Origin: an uncultured Parcubacteria group bacterium
GTDB taxonomy: Bacteria > Patescibacteriota > Patescibacteriia > UBA9934 > CAMTUG01
Length of the DNA stretch: 64,000 bases
NCBI GenBank assembly: GCA_947084965.1
Contig: CAMTUG010000001.1
Coordinates: forward strand, 1,375-65,374
Direction of reading: 5' to 3'
The notes under the pieces are model-generated. The model saw only the letters and a program-made list of their open reading frames with translations, was not told where the DNA came from and searched no databases. A program made the position numbers and the translations under genes. Below are positions 18,499 to 26,624 of this stretch, piece after piece. Position 1 is the first letter of the stretch; each line of letters begins with the position of its first letter.

Positions 18499-21336
18499 AT
18501 GAGTCGACCAAATTATTCGCAGAGGGAAGAGGAAATCCTGGAATTCTGGGAGAAAAACAAGGTTTTTGAGGAGACGATCAAAAAGGATGCACCCAAGGGC
18601 CCGTTTGTTTTTTACGAAGGTCCGCCGACGGCCAACGGCCGTCCGGGGATCCATCACGTCGAGAGCCGCGCTTTTAAGGACTGTATTCCGCGTTTCAAAA
18701 CGATGCAGGGGTATCACGTCGCCCGCCAAGGCGGCTGGGACACCCACGGATTGCCGGTCGAGCTTGAAGTAGAAAAGCAGCTTGGCTTCAGTGGGAAGAA
18801 AGAGATCGAAGCGTTCGGGATCGCGGAGTTCAATGCCAAGTGTAAAGAATCTGTTTGGAAGTATTTAGAGGACTGGAACAAGCTCACTCGTCGCATCGGG
18901 TTTTGGGTGGATTTGGAGCATCCGTATGTGACCTATCATCCGGAGTATGTCGAAAAGCTCTGGGGCGTTGTCAAAAAGATTTGGGATCGCGGATTGTTGT
19001 ATAAAGATTATAAAGTTATTCCGTTTTGTCCGCGCTGTGGAACGGCCCTTTCTTCTCATGAGCTCGCTCAAGGGTACAAGGATGTAAAAGACATCTCTGT
19101 CTTTGCCAAGTTCAAAGTGATCGGAGAAGAGAACACCTACTTTGTCGCTTGGACGACCACGCCGTGGACCTTGCCGGGGAACGTCGCACTTGCGGTCGGA
19201 CCAAAGATCGACTATGTGAAGGTGCGCGTTGGTGAAGAGTTGATCTGGATCGCCAAAGCGCGCGTCGAAGCGCTCATCAAAACGGAGTACGAAGTTGTTG
19301 AAGAGGCGACCGGGGAAACGCTCGTTGGAAAAGAATACGAACCGCTTTATCCGTTTTTGCGCGATGCGATCAAAGGGACGGACCAGGCCGAGAAAAAAGG
19401 GTGGTACGTCGTGCCCGCAGATTTTGTTTCGACAACCGATGGTTCCGGGATCGTGCACACCGCCGTCATGTACGGCCAGGATGACTTTGAACTTGGACAA
19501 AAAGTTGGATTGCCAAAGCATCACCTTGTGAAGCTCGACGGCACGTTTGTTGAAGGCACCGGGATTTTTACTGGACGTCATGTAACCGACGAAGATGTGG
19601 CGGTCGACGTGATCAAAGATCTTGCCGGACGCGGATTATTGTTTGGCAAAGAAAAGTACGAGCACTCCTACCCGCACTGCTGGCGCTGTAAGACCAAGCT
19701 CATCTACTACGCCAAGGATTCCTGGTACATCCGCATGTCGTCCTTGCGTGCGGAGTTGATTGCGGCCAACGAAACGATCAACTGGGAGCCGGCGCATATC
19801 AAAGAAGGACGCTTCGGTGAATGGTTACGCGAAGTGAAGGACTGGGCGTTCTCACGCGAGCGTTATTGGGGCACACCGCTACCGATTTGGGAGTGTCAGG
19901 AGTGTGATCATCGCACGTGCGTCGGTTCGTTTGATGAATTGAAAAAAATCGAAATTCGAAATTCGAAATCCGAAACAAATTCGAATGGAGAAGGCGAAAA
20001 GTCGGAATTCGACCCGCATCGTCCGTACGTCGACGAGATCAAATTGCCGTGTGAAAAGTGTAACGGCACGATGAAGCGCGTCCCAGAAGTCTGCGACGTC
20101 TGGTTTGATTCTGGCGCCATGCCCTGGGCGGCAGGGAATTATCCGCACGCCTTCCCAGCAGATTACATCTCCGAAGCGATCGACCAAACGCGCGGCTGGT
20201 TCTACACCTTACTCGCTGTGTCTGTGTTGATGGGCGAGGGGGCGCCGTACAAAAACGTCATCTGTTTGGGGCATTTGCTTGATGCGAACGGCAAGAAGAT
20301 GTCGAAGTCGCTTGGCAACATCGTCGACCCGAACGAGATGATCGAAAAGTATGGGGCCGACGCGGTGCGCTGGTACATGTACACGATCACTCAGCCAGGG
20401 GATTCGAAGCGGTTTGATGAAAAGACGTTGAACGAGATGGTGCAGAAGGTCTTCATGATCTTGAGCAACGTGAAGAGCTTTTATGATCTGTATGAGGATG
20501 AGGGAAAGAGGTTAGAGGAAAGAGGAGAGAAGACAGAAAATATTCTCGATCGCTGGATTCTCGCCAGGTTACATCTGTTAGTTAAAGAAACGACGGAACA
20601 GCTTGAGAACTATAAAATCACGGAACCAACCCGGGCGATCGGGGAGTTTATCAACGAACTGTCGACCTGGTACGTCCGTCGTTCACGCGATCGGATGAAA
20701 ACAGGGGAGGGGGTTGCGGTGCTTCGCGAGGTCTTGCTGACCGTCGCGAAGTTGATGGCGCCGTTCACCCCATTTTACGCCGAAGCGCTGTATCAGGATT
20801 TGAGTGGTGGAAAGAAGTCGGTGCACTTGGAGGACTGGCCGGTGGCTGACGCGACGTTGATTGATGAAGCATTGTTGAAAGAGATGGATCGTGCCCGCCA
20901 GATCGTGTCCATGGCTCTCGAAGCACGCGCGACGAGCAAACTGAACGTGCGCCAGGCCCTTGGTGGAATGACGGTGCAGGCACCGCAAGAAGTTTCAGCA
21001 GAGCTCATCGAGATTTTGAAAGATGAAGTCAACGTGAAGTCCGTGAGTTTTGTGAAAGGGGAGACTCTCTCCGTCGAACTCGACACGACGCTCACTCCAG
21101 AACTCATTCGCGAAGGATTGTCGCGCGAGGTGATTCGTATGGCGAACGCGGCTCGCAAAGAGGCGGGGTTGACCATCGAAGATCGCATCGCCCTGAGGAT
21201 TATCACCGAAGACGAAAACGTGAAGCTCGCGGCGGAAGAGCACAAGGCGGTGATTCTCGAAGGCACCCGCGCCAACGAACTTGTGGTTATGTCCGGCGCT
21301 GGTGATCCGTTCGCGATCTCGATTCAAAAACTGTAA
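18499..21336 (+). CDS. ileS: Isoleucine--tRNA ligase (IleRS2 type)
   Basis: Motifs EGPPTANG, GWDTHGLP, WTTTPWTLPGN, SRERYWGTP, DQTRGWF and KMSKS. Confidence 0.96.
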   Translation: MSRPNYSQREEEILEFWEKNKVFEETIKKDAPKGPFVFYEGPPTANGRPGIHHVESRAFKDCIPRFKTMQGYHVARQGGWDTHGLPVELEVEKQLGFSGKKEIEAFGIAEFNAKCKESVWKYLEDWNKLTRRIGFWVDLEHPYVTYHPEYVEKLWGVVKKIWDRGLLYKDYKVIPFCPRCGTALSSHELAQGYKDVKDISVFAKFKVIGEENTYFVAWTTTPWTLPGNVALAVGPKIDYVKVRVGEELIWIAKARVEALIKTEYEVVEEATGETLVGKEYEPLYPFLRDAIKGTDQAEKKGWYVVPADFVSTTDGSGIVHTAVMYGQDDFELGQKVGLPKHHLVKLDGTFVEGTGIFTGRHVTDEDVAVDVIKDLAGRGLLFGKEKYEHSYPHCWRCKTKLIYYAKDSWYIRMSSLRAELIAANETINWEPAHIKEGRFGEWLREVKDWAFSRERYWGTPLPIWECQECDHRTCVGSFDELKKIEIRNSKSETNSNGEGEKSEFDPHRPYVDEIKLPCEKCNGTMKRVPEVCDVWFDSGAMPWAAGNYPHAFPADYISEAIDQTRGWFYTLLAVSVLMGEGAPYKNVICLGHLLDANGKKMSKSLGNIVDPNEMIEKYGADAVRWYMYTITQPGDSKRFDEKTLNEMVQKVFMILSNVKSFYDLYEDEGKRLEERGEKTENILDRWILARLHLLVKETTEQLENYKITEPTRAIGEFINELSTWYVRRSRDRMKTGEGVAVLREVLLTVAKLMAPFTPFYAEALYQDLSGGKKSVHLEDWPVADATLIDEALLKEMDRARQIVSMALEARATSKLNVRQALGGMTVQAPQEVSAELIEILKDEVNVKSVSFVKGETLSVELDTTLTPELIREGLSREVIRMANAARKEAGLTIEDRIALRIITEDENVKLAAEEHKAVILEGTRANELVVMSGAGDPFAISIQKL

Positions 21337-21339
21337 GGC

Positions 21340-22203
21340 ATGCTCCAGCATCTGAACCGCAAAACGACAGTGCTCCTTGTTCCGCAAAATGATGCGGAGG
21401 CGGTGATGATTTTGCAGATCGCCACCAAGTTGAATATCCAAACACTCGTCTCTGGCCAACCCCACGGCGCGCGGTTGGAGCACGAACCAGATCTTTTTGA
21501 ACGTCTGCGCGAAACAGGGAAGGATGATGTGGTCATTGTGGAGATCCCGGGGCCAGGTACAGAAGCGCAACTCAAAAAGTCCGGCTTCACCGTACATATC
21601 ATCGACCATCATCGCTACGACGATATCGATCGCATGACTGACCCGGATTCTGGAGCGGCTTTGCCGAGCTCGCTTGAACAGTTTTTGATCGCGTTTGACA
21701 TTACAGACACAGAACTGGCGAGTGTTGGATTCAATCCACGCCTGGTGCGCGGTGTTGGTGCTGTGGACCGTGGGTTTATTTGGGCCTTGGAACGCGACGG
21801 ATATTCCGAAGAGGAAGTGAAGGTCGTGGGAAAGTATGTTCGCGAACTTTCGCGTTTAGCTCGCGGGGATGAAAAGACAGAAATGAACGAAGCGGCAGCG
21901 CTTGAGGCATGGGAGGCGCGGACGACCGCTGGCGACTACGTTCTTGTTCGAAGTGACGAGCCAAAAGCGGAGATTCGTCCAGTCGTTTCGCTTCTGGCCG
22001 CTGAGGCGTTTGGCAAACCAACCCCGATGATTATCGCTTCCCGCGGGGAGCTCCTGATCTACGTTCAAGAAACACCCAAAGCGCTTGATCTGTTCAATAA
22101 GTTTGGCGGTTTCACCTTTGGCCAAGACACCTGCTGGGGCTACAACAACGCCATGGGCAAGGAAAAAGTTTCCGTTAAAGATATCATCGATTTTTTGGTA
22201 TAA
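21340..22203 (+). CDS. DHH-motif phosphoesterase-like protein (NrN-like)
   Basis: Motifs NDAE, VIVE, IIDHH, PSSLEQ and AVDRGFI. Confidence 0.6.
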   Translation: MLQHLNRKTTVLLVPQNDAEAVMILQIATKLNIQTLVSGQPHGARLEHEPDLFERLRETGKDDVVIVEIPGPGTEAQLKKSGFTVHIIDHHRYDDIDRMTDPDSGAALPSSLEQFLIAFDITDTELASVGFNPRLVRGVGAVDRGFIWALERDGYSEEEVKVVGKYVRELSRLARGDEKTEMNEAAALEAWEARTTAGDYVLVRSDEPKAEIRPVVSLLAAEAFGKPTPMIIASRGELLIYVQETPKALDLFNKFGGFTFGQDTCWGYNNAMGKEKVSVKDIIDFLV

Positions 22204-22215
22204 TGCGTGCGTCGT

Positions 22216-23217
22216 ATGGAGACGCATCACCTGGCTGTCGTTGCTAATCAGATCGAGCATGATCAAACCCTCGCGGCGCGCGCCGACGAGATCTTAACGC
22301 GTTGGCAGAACGAACCGTTATTTGGTGGGTTGTTCGAAACGCCGCAATCAGCTGGCTACCACGCCGAAGGGCCGACGGTGCGATCGCACGTGCGACTGAT
22401 CCTCACGTCCCTTTTTGCTATTCTCGACGGCAAAGTACACCTCCTAGAGATCGAAGAGTTTGCCCGGCTTAAAGGCTACGGTGCTGAGATTCAAGAAATG
22501 GAAGATACGATCAAAGAGAACGCGGCAACGTTCGAGGTGTTTGCCTTGGTCCACGATCTTGGCAAGCAGTTTCGGGTGTCGATTGATGATCAGGACAACA
22601 TTCACTATCACGGGCATGCCAAAGATATCTGGCGGCCGGACGTGCAGGCGGTTCTTGGTAAACTTGCCGAGGCGTATCGGTTGAATGAACGTGACGTGAA
22701 GCTTCTTAATCACTTGGTTGCTGAGCACATGGATCCACTCCATCGATTAAACGGTGGACACGATCCGAAACATGTCGACACGTTGGCCAGGTACGCTCAG
22801 CATCACGGCCTCGATGCCGATGATTTTATTGATGCGCTCCAAGCGGGGGTTTTACTCGATCAGGTTTTTGGTTCGCGCCAGTTAAAAGGTGGGAAGTATT
22901 TCACCCGACATGAACACCTGGTGAACTTTTTTATTGCCGAGGGGGAATATGCGCCGTGGAAGCGCGAGAAGCACGAACGAGATATGGCCGAGCGGCATCG
23001 TCGGGAGGAGCACAAGGTGCTCGAGGCTGTTGGGCTTGATGGTCATGGGCTTATGAAGCTCACAGGGATGCATCCTGGCAGGGAATTGGGGGTTCTGGTA
23101 AAAGAGGTAGTGTCCGCCGTTCGTGGTGGGGAGTTGCCATCTCCGGCTGATTCATGGAAAGATGAGCTGGCTCGAAGGATTTCGATCGCGCGGGAGAAGT
23201 TAGGTGCCTCAAAATAG
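22216..23217 (+). CDS. Stand-alone HD-domain phosphohydrolase resembling the HD and tail regions of CCA enzymes
   Basis: Motifs YHAEGPTVRSH, VHDLGK, HGHA and EHM, plus tail LDGHGLM...PGRELG. An extended -10 (TGgTATAAT) lies at 22196-22204. Confidence 0.75.
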   Translation: METHHLAVVANQIEHDQTLAARADEILTRWQNEPLFGGLFETPQSAGYHAEGPTVRSHVRLILTSLFAILDGKVHLLEIEEFARLKGYGAEIQEMEDTIKENAATFEVFALVHDLGKQFRVSIDDQDNIHYHGHAKDIWRPDVQAVLGKLAEAYRLNERDVKLLNHLVAEHMDPLHRLNGGHDPKHVDTLARYAQHHGLDADDFIDALQAGVLLDQVFGSRQLKGGKYFTRHEHLVNFFIAEGEYAPWKREKHERDMAERHRREEHKVLEAVGLDGHGLMKLTGMHPGRELGVLVKEVVSAVRGGELPSPADSWKDELARRISIAREKLGASK

Positions 23218-23223
23218 ATGTTC

Positions 23224-23261
23224 TCGAACTTTTTGAGCACTAAAAGTAGTCAAAAAGTTGC
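23224..23261 (+). repeat. 38-bp palindromic element, copy 1
   Basis: TCGAACTTTTTGAGCACTAAAAGTAGTCAAAAAGTTGC. Its reverse complement occurs at 30273-30310 with one mismatch. Confidence 0.9.
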
Positions 23262-23282
23262 ATCTCATTGTTTTTCGAATAC

Positions 23283-23831
23283 ATGATCTCTTCACTCACT
23301 GGCATAATCAGTTATCACGGCCTCGGCTACGTCATTATTGATGTGGCCGGGGTTGGCTATCGCGTCACCTTACCTGAGCACATCGCCCACGGCCTTTCGG
23401 GGTGCCTGACGATTTTCACCCATGATGCTCAACGTGATGATGGTCGTGAATTATTTGGATTTACTCATATCAAAGGACTCGAGTTGTGTTGGCGGTTGAT
23501 TGAAGTCTCTGGCGTTGGCCCCAAAATGGCGCAGAAGATTATTTACGGTGCACGTGATATCGAAGAGGCGGCGAGTAAAATCGATCTCGGTGACGTTGAG
23601 TTTTTGTCAGGTATCCCTGGTGTTGGCAAGAAGACCGCTCAGAAAATTATTCTGGAGTTGCAAGGAAAGCTCGTTGCCGCACCGGACTCGCAGGTGGACG
23701 AAGATGCCCTGACCGCGCTCATGGGCCTAGGCTATACAAAGATGGCGGCGGAAGCGGCATTATCCGGTCTCGATCGCACGCTTTCGACGGATGAAAAGAT
23801 TCGTGCCGCTCTCAAAGGGCTCGGACGCTAA
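23283..23831 (+). CDS. ruvA: Holliday junction branch migration protein RuvA
   Basis: Motifs MISSLTG, DVAGVGY, VSGVGPK, IPGVGKKTAQKIILEL and ALMGLGY. Confidence 0.95.
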   Translation: MISSLTGIISYHGLGYVIIDVAGVGYRVTLPEHIAHGLSGCLTIFTHDAQRDDGRELFGFTHIKGLELCWRLIEVSGVGPKMAQKIIYGARDIEEAASKIDLGDVEFLSGIPGVGKKTAQKIILELQGKLVAAPDSQVDEDALTALMGLGYTKMAAEAALSGLDRTLSTDEKIRAALKGLGR

Positions 23832-23833
23832 TT

Positions 23834-24688
23834 ATGGATACGCTTCGCTCCGGCGCTTTCCTACAGTCCCGCGGTTGGATGGAGATCCAGGCGCGGATAG
23901 GGAACGTCGTTCAAAAGGGGATGATTCGGCAAAAGCTCGGGCCGTTTTTTTATTGGTACGTCCCGCGAGCGATGCCGCCAAAGATTGATTTTGGCAAGGC
24001 GCTCTTTGTTCGTTTTGATCCTCCCGCGGAAGGAGGAACGGTTGAGATAAAGGAGCTGCGTGCGGCACCGCACGACGTCCAACCGCGAACGACGATTATT
24101 CTGGATCTTAAAAAAACAGAAGAGGAGCTTCAGGCAGAAATGCATCAGAAGTGCCGTTATAATATTCGCGTTGCCGAGCGCGAAGGGGTGCGAGTGGAAA
24201 AGCACGGGATCGAGGCGTTCGATATCTTTTACGATCTCCTGACGCAAACGGCGTCACGAGACAAATTTCGCGGCCACACCAAGGAGTATTACGCGAATCT
24301 TCTTGAGCCAACGTCAGATCCAGAACTCAACATCTTTCTCGCGATCGCCTACGTGGACGACGCTCCAGCCGCCGCGGCGATGATTTGCGATTACGGTACG
24401 ACTCGCACCTATTTGCACGGCGCGTCCAATTACGGGTTGCGCGACAAGATGGCTCCCTTTGGATTGCACTGGCATCTGATCCAAGACGCCAAAGCAAAAG
24501 GCTTCACTCAGTACGACTTTTGGGGGATCGCCCCGACGGATAACCCGAAAGAGTCACTGGCCGGTGTTACCCGCTTTAAAAAGTCCTGGGGAGGGGAGAT
24601 CGTACGATACCCACAGACGATGGATTTGATCTTGCGACCGTTTGCTTATAGGATGTATCGGCTCCTGCACCGCCTCTTGCGCCCGTAG
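23834..24688 (+). CDS. FemABX-family peptidoglycan bridge aminoacyltransferase
   Basis: Motifs FLQS..W, RYNIR.AER.GV, YLHGAS, YDFWGI and GVTRFKKSWGG. Confidence 0.9.
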   Translation: MDTLRSGAFLQSRGWMEIQARIGNVVQKGMIRQKLGPFFYWYVPRAMPPKIDFGKALFVRFDPPAEGGTVEIKELRAAPHDVQPRTTIILDLKKTEEELQAEMHQKCRYNIRVAEREGVRVEKHGIEAFDIFYDLLTQTASRDKFRGHTKEYYANLLEPTSDPELNIFLAIAYVDDAPAAAAMICDYGTTRTYLHGASNYGLRDKMAPFGLHWHLIQDAKAKGFTQYDFWGIAPTDNPKESLAGVTRFKKSWGGEIVRYPQTMDLILRPFAYRMYRLLHRLLRP

Positions 24689-24755
24689 CTCAGTTGGATA
24701 GAGCGTCTCCCTCCGAAGGAGAAGGTCAGACGTTCAAGTCGTCTCGGGCGCACCA
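24679..24755 (+). tRNA. tRNA-Arg(CCG)
   Basis: GCGCCCGTAGCTCAGTTGGATAGAGCG-TCTCC-CTCCGAA-GGAGA...GTTCAAGTC...CGGGCGCACCA. Confidence 0.95.
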
Positions 24756-24784
24756 AAAAAGATCCTCAGGTGAGGATCTTTTTT
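24756..24784. terminator. Bidirectional terminator
   Basis: AAAAAGATCCTCA-gg-TGAGGATCTTTTT lies between convergent transcripts. Confidence 0.7.
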
Positions 24785-24799
24785 GTTTTCGCGCTGGCG

Positions 24800-26623
24800 C
24801 TATTCGACCACCGCCCCTTTGCCGGCGGCGTCGGGATCATCACTTAGGTCGGTTGTGATGATACTCCCGGTGCGTTGGAGGCGGGCGCCGGTGGCGCTGT
24901 CTGTTGCCGAAAGGATCGATTCATTTTGTAACTTAACGAATTTTCCTACCTCCCCAGCCGTTGGGGTGATCGCCAGATCAAATACGGCGCTCACAGTTGG
25001 AACAGAGGTCGGGAGGCGGTCGATCTTCCAGGTGAGAAGACGCGTCGCTTCGTCAAAGGTCAGTGTACCGATGTCCGTCCCTTTGTCGCCGAGATAGGCA
25101 ACGTTTGGCGGGATCGTCGTGGTGAGTAAAACTTCGTCCAGGGCATGGACGCTATTTTCGATGCTCCAGGTCAGGCGATAACTCGTCGTGCTTCCCACCT
25201 GCGGCGGGAGAGGGCCGCTGCCCACAGGAGTACCGTCTAGATAGTAGTAAGCGGTCGTCAGCAGCGCGGCTTCGGTATTGAGAGCGATCGTGAGGGGCGA
25301 GCTTGAGATGCTGCGGATGGCGGCCGTTCCCCCGATCGTCTCGACACCGGCCGTGGCGGTCAGAACGATCTGATCACTCGCGCTGTTCAGGTCGGTCAGC
25401 AGGGGCAGGGAAAGGTCAATCGTTTCGCGTTCACCTCCGGGGAGGAGCCCGAGGTTGGCAAGAGAAGAGCTTTTCCAGTTGATCACGTTCTCGTTTCGCA
25501 CCCCACCGGATAGATCCGCCGCACCCCAGTTGATGAGACGAGAGTCGGAAAGCTGTAAGGCCATGGAAAGTCCGCCGATCTCTGCCTCCTCACCGTTGGT
25601 CACATCGATCGACAGGCGCAAGGCTTTACCGAGATCCGCTGTCTGATCGTCCGTTGATCCGTTGGCGATCAGACGAAGAGCGATCCCGCCACCAACGACG
25701 TCGGTTTGAATATCGCTGGTCGTTTGTTCAAGGAATCGATCATCGCGCATCACCCCGGATTTCACGTTCAATGTGTAGAGGCCATTGGTATCTGACGCAT
25801 AGGTGCCACTGACCGTGATCGTCATTTCTGTGTCTGCGGCCAGCTCTGTAATCACCCATTCTTTTGTGCCGTTCATCGGTGCCGGATCGGTTGATGCGAC
25901 AAGGAAAGCTTCAGAGAAGGTGAAACGCACACGTAGATCTCGTAAAACCTCGGTGCTCGTATTTTTCAGGGTGTAGAGATAGCTGACGGGGTTTCCTGGA
26001 GTCGTTGTTTCTGCTCCGGTCACGCTCGCAAGAACGGCAGAATCGGAGACACTGATCGAATGGGTAGCGATGTCCTGGAAGTCGGCATTAAAATTGGCAG
26101 GGCGATAGGTGGCGATCGCCTGTAAGGTGTGGGCCGACGGAACCGGATCGATCCAGATCCCTTTAAGGCGGATGATGTCATCGCTTCCGGCGGTCATTGA
26201 GCCGATCGTCCAGATGTACGGTTCGCTTGTCGGGGCAGGATCAAGGGTGGTCACCTGAAACCCGGCCGGGATACTGAGCTTAATTTCGAGAGAGGCAAGG
26301 GGAACATCGCCACTATTTGCGTAGGCGATGTCAAAAATAGCTTCGCCGCCGCTTGTAATATCTGTCGGTCCTTGAATTTCAAGGGCCAAGGGACGGTCCG
26401 TTCCGGCAAACAGATTTTGGAAAAGGAGAAATCCGGCCCAGGCGACCAGAGCAAGCAGACCGATCGTCACGGTCAGCCAGATAAGGACACGTGTTAAGGT
26501 GCTTTTTTTCTTCACTTCAAGTTTGGTGAAGTCGATCGGCTCAGCTTCCTGGCCGTCGGTCGATCCGTAGATTGCTTGCAGTTCCTGCTCGATCGTCGCT
26601 TCAAGTTTTTTTCTTCGTAGCAT
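24800..26623 (-). CDS. Membrane-anchored protein with multiple Ig-like beta domains
   Basis: Single N-terminal TM, then Thr/Ser-rich beta domains and GSGPLPPQVG. Start chosen at MLRRKK. Confidence 0.75.
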   Translation of the reverse strand: MLRRKKLEATIEQELQAIYGSTDGQEAEPIDFTKLEVKKKSTLTRVLIWLTVTIGLLALVAWAGFLLFQNLFAGTDRPLALEIQGPTDITSGGEAIFDIAYANSGDVPLASLEIKLSIPAGFQVTTLDPAPTSEPYIWTIGSMTAGSDDIIRLKGIWIDPVPSAHTLQAIATYRPANFNADFQDIATHSISVSDSAVLASVTGAETTTPGNPVSYLYTLKNTSTEVLRDLRVRFTFSEAFLVASTDPAPMNGTKEWVITELAADTEMTITVSGTYASDTNGLYTLNVKSGVMRDDRFLEQTTSDIQTDVVGGGIALRLIANGSTDDQTADLGKALRLSIDVTNGEEAEIGGLSMALQLSDSRLINWGAADLSGGVRNENVINWKSSSLANLGLLPGGERETIDLSLPLLTDLNSASDQIVLTATAGVETIGGTAAIRSISSSPLTIALNTEAALLTTAYYYLDGTPVGSGPLPPQVGSTTSYRLTWSIENSVHALDEVLLTTTIPPNVAYLGDKGTDIGTLTFDEATRLLTWKIDRLPTSVPTVSAVFDLAITPTAGEVGKFVKLQNESILSATDSATGARLQRTGSIITTDLSDDPDAAGKGAVVE

Positions 26624-26624
26624 A

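Noticed and set aside
18427-18747. N-terminal extension of the LOG-family ORF
   Set aside because: It runs antisense into ileS. The start at 18426 has an upstream TGcTATAAT.
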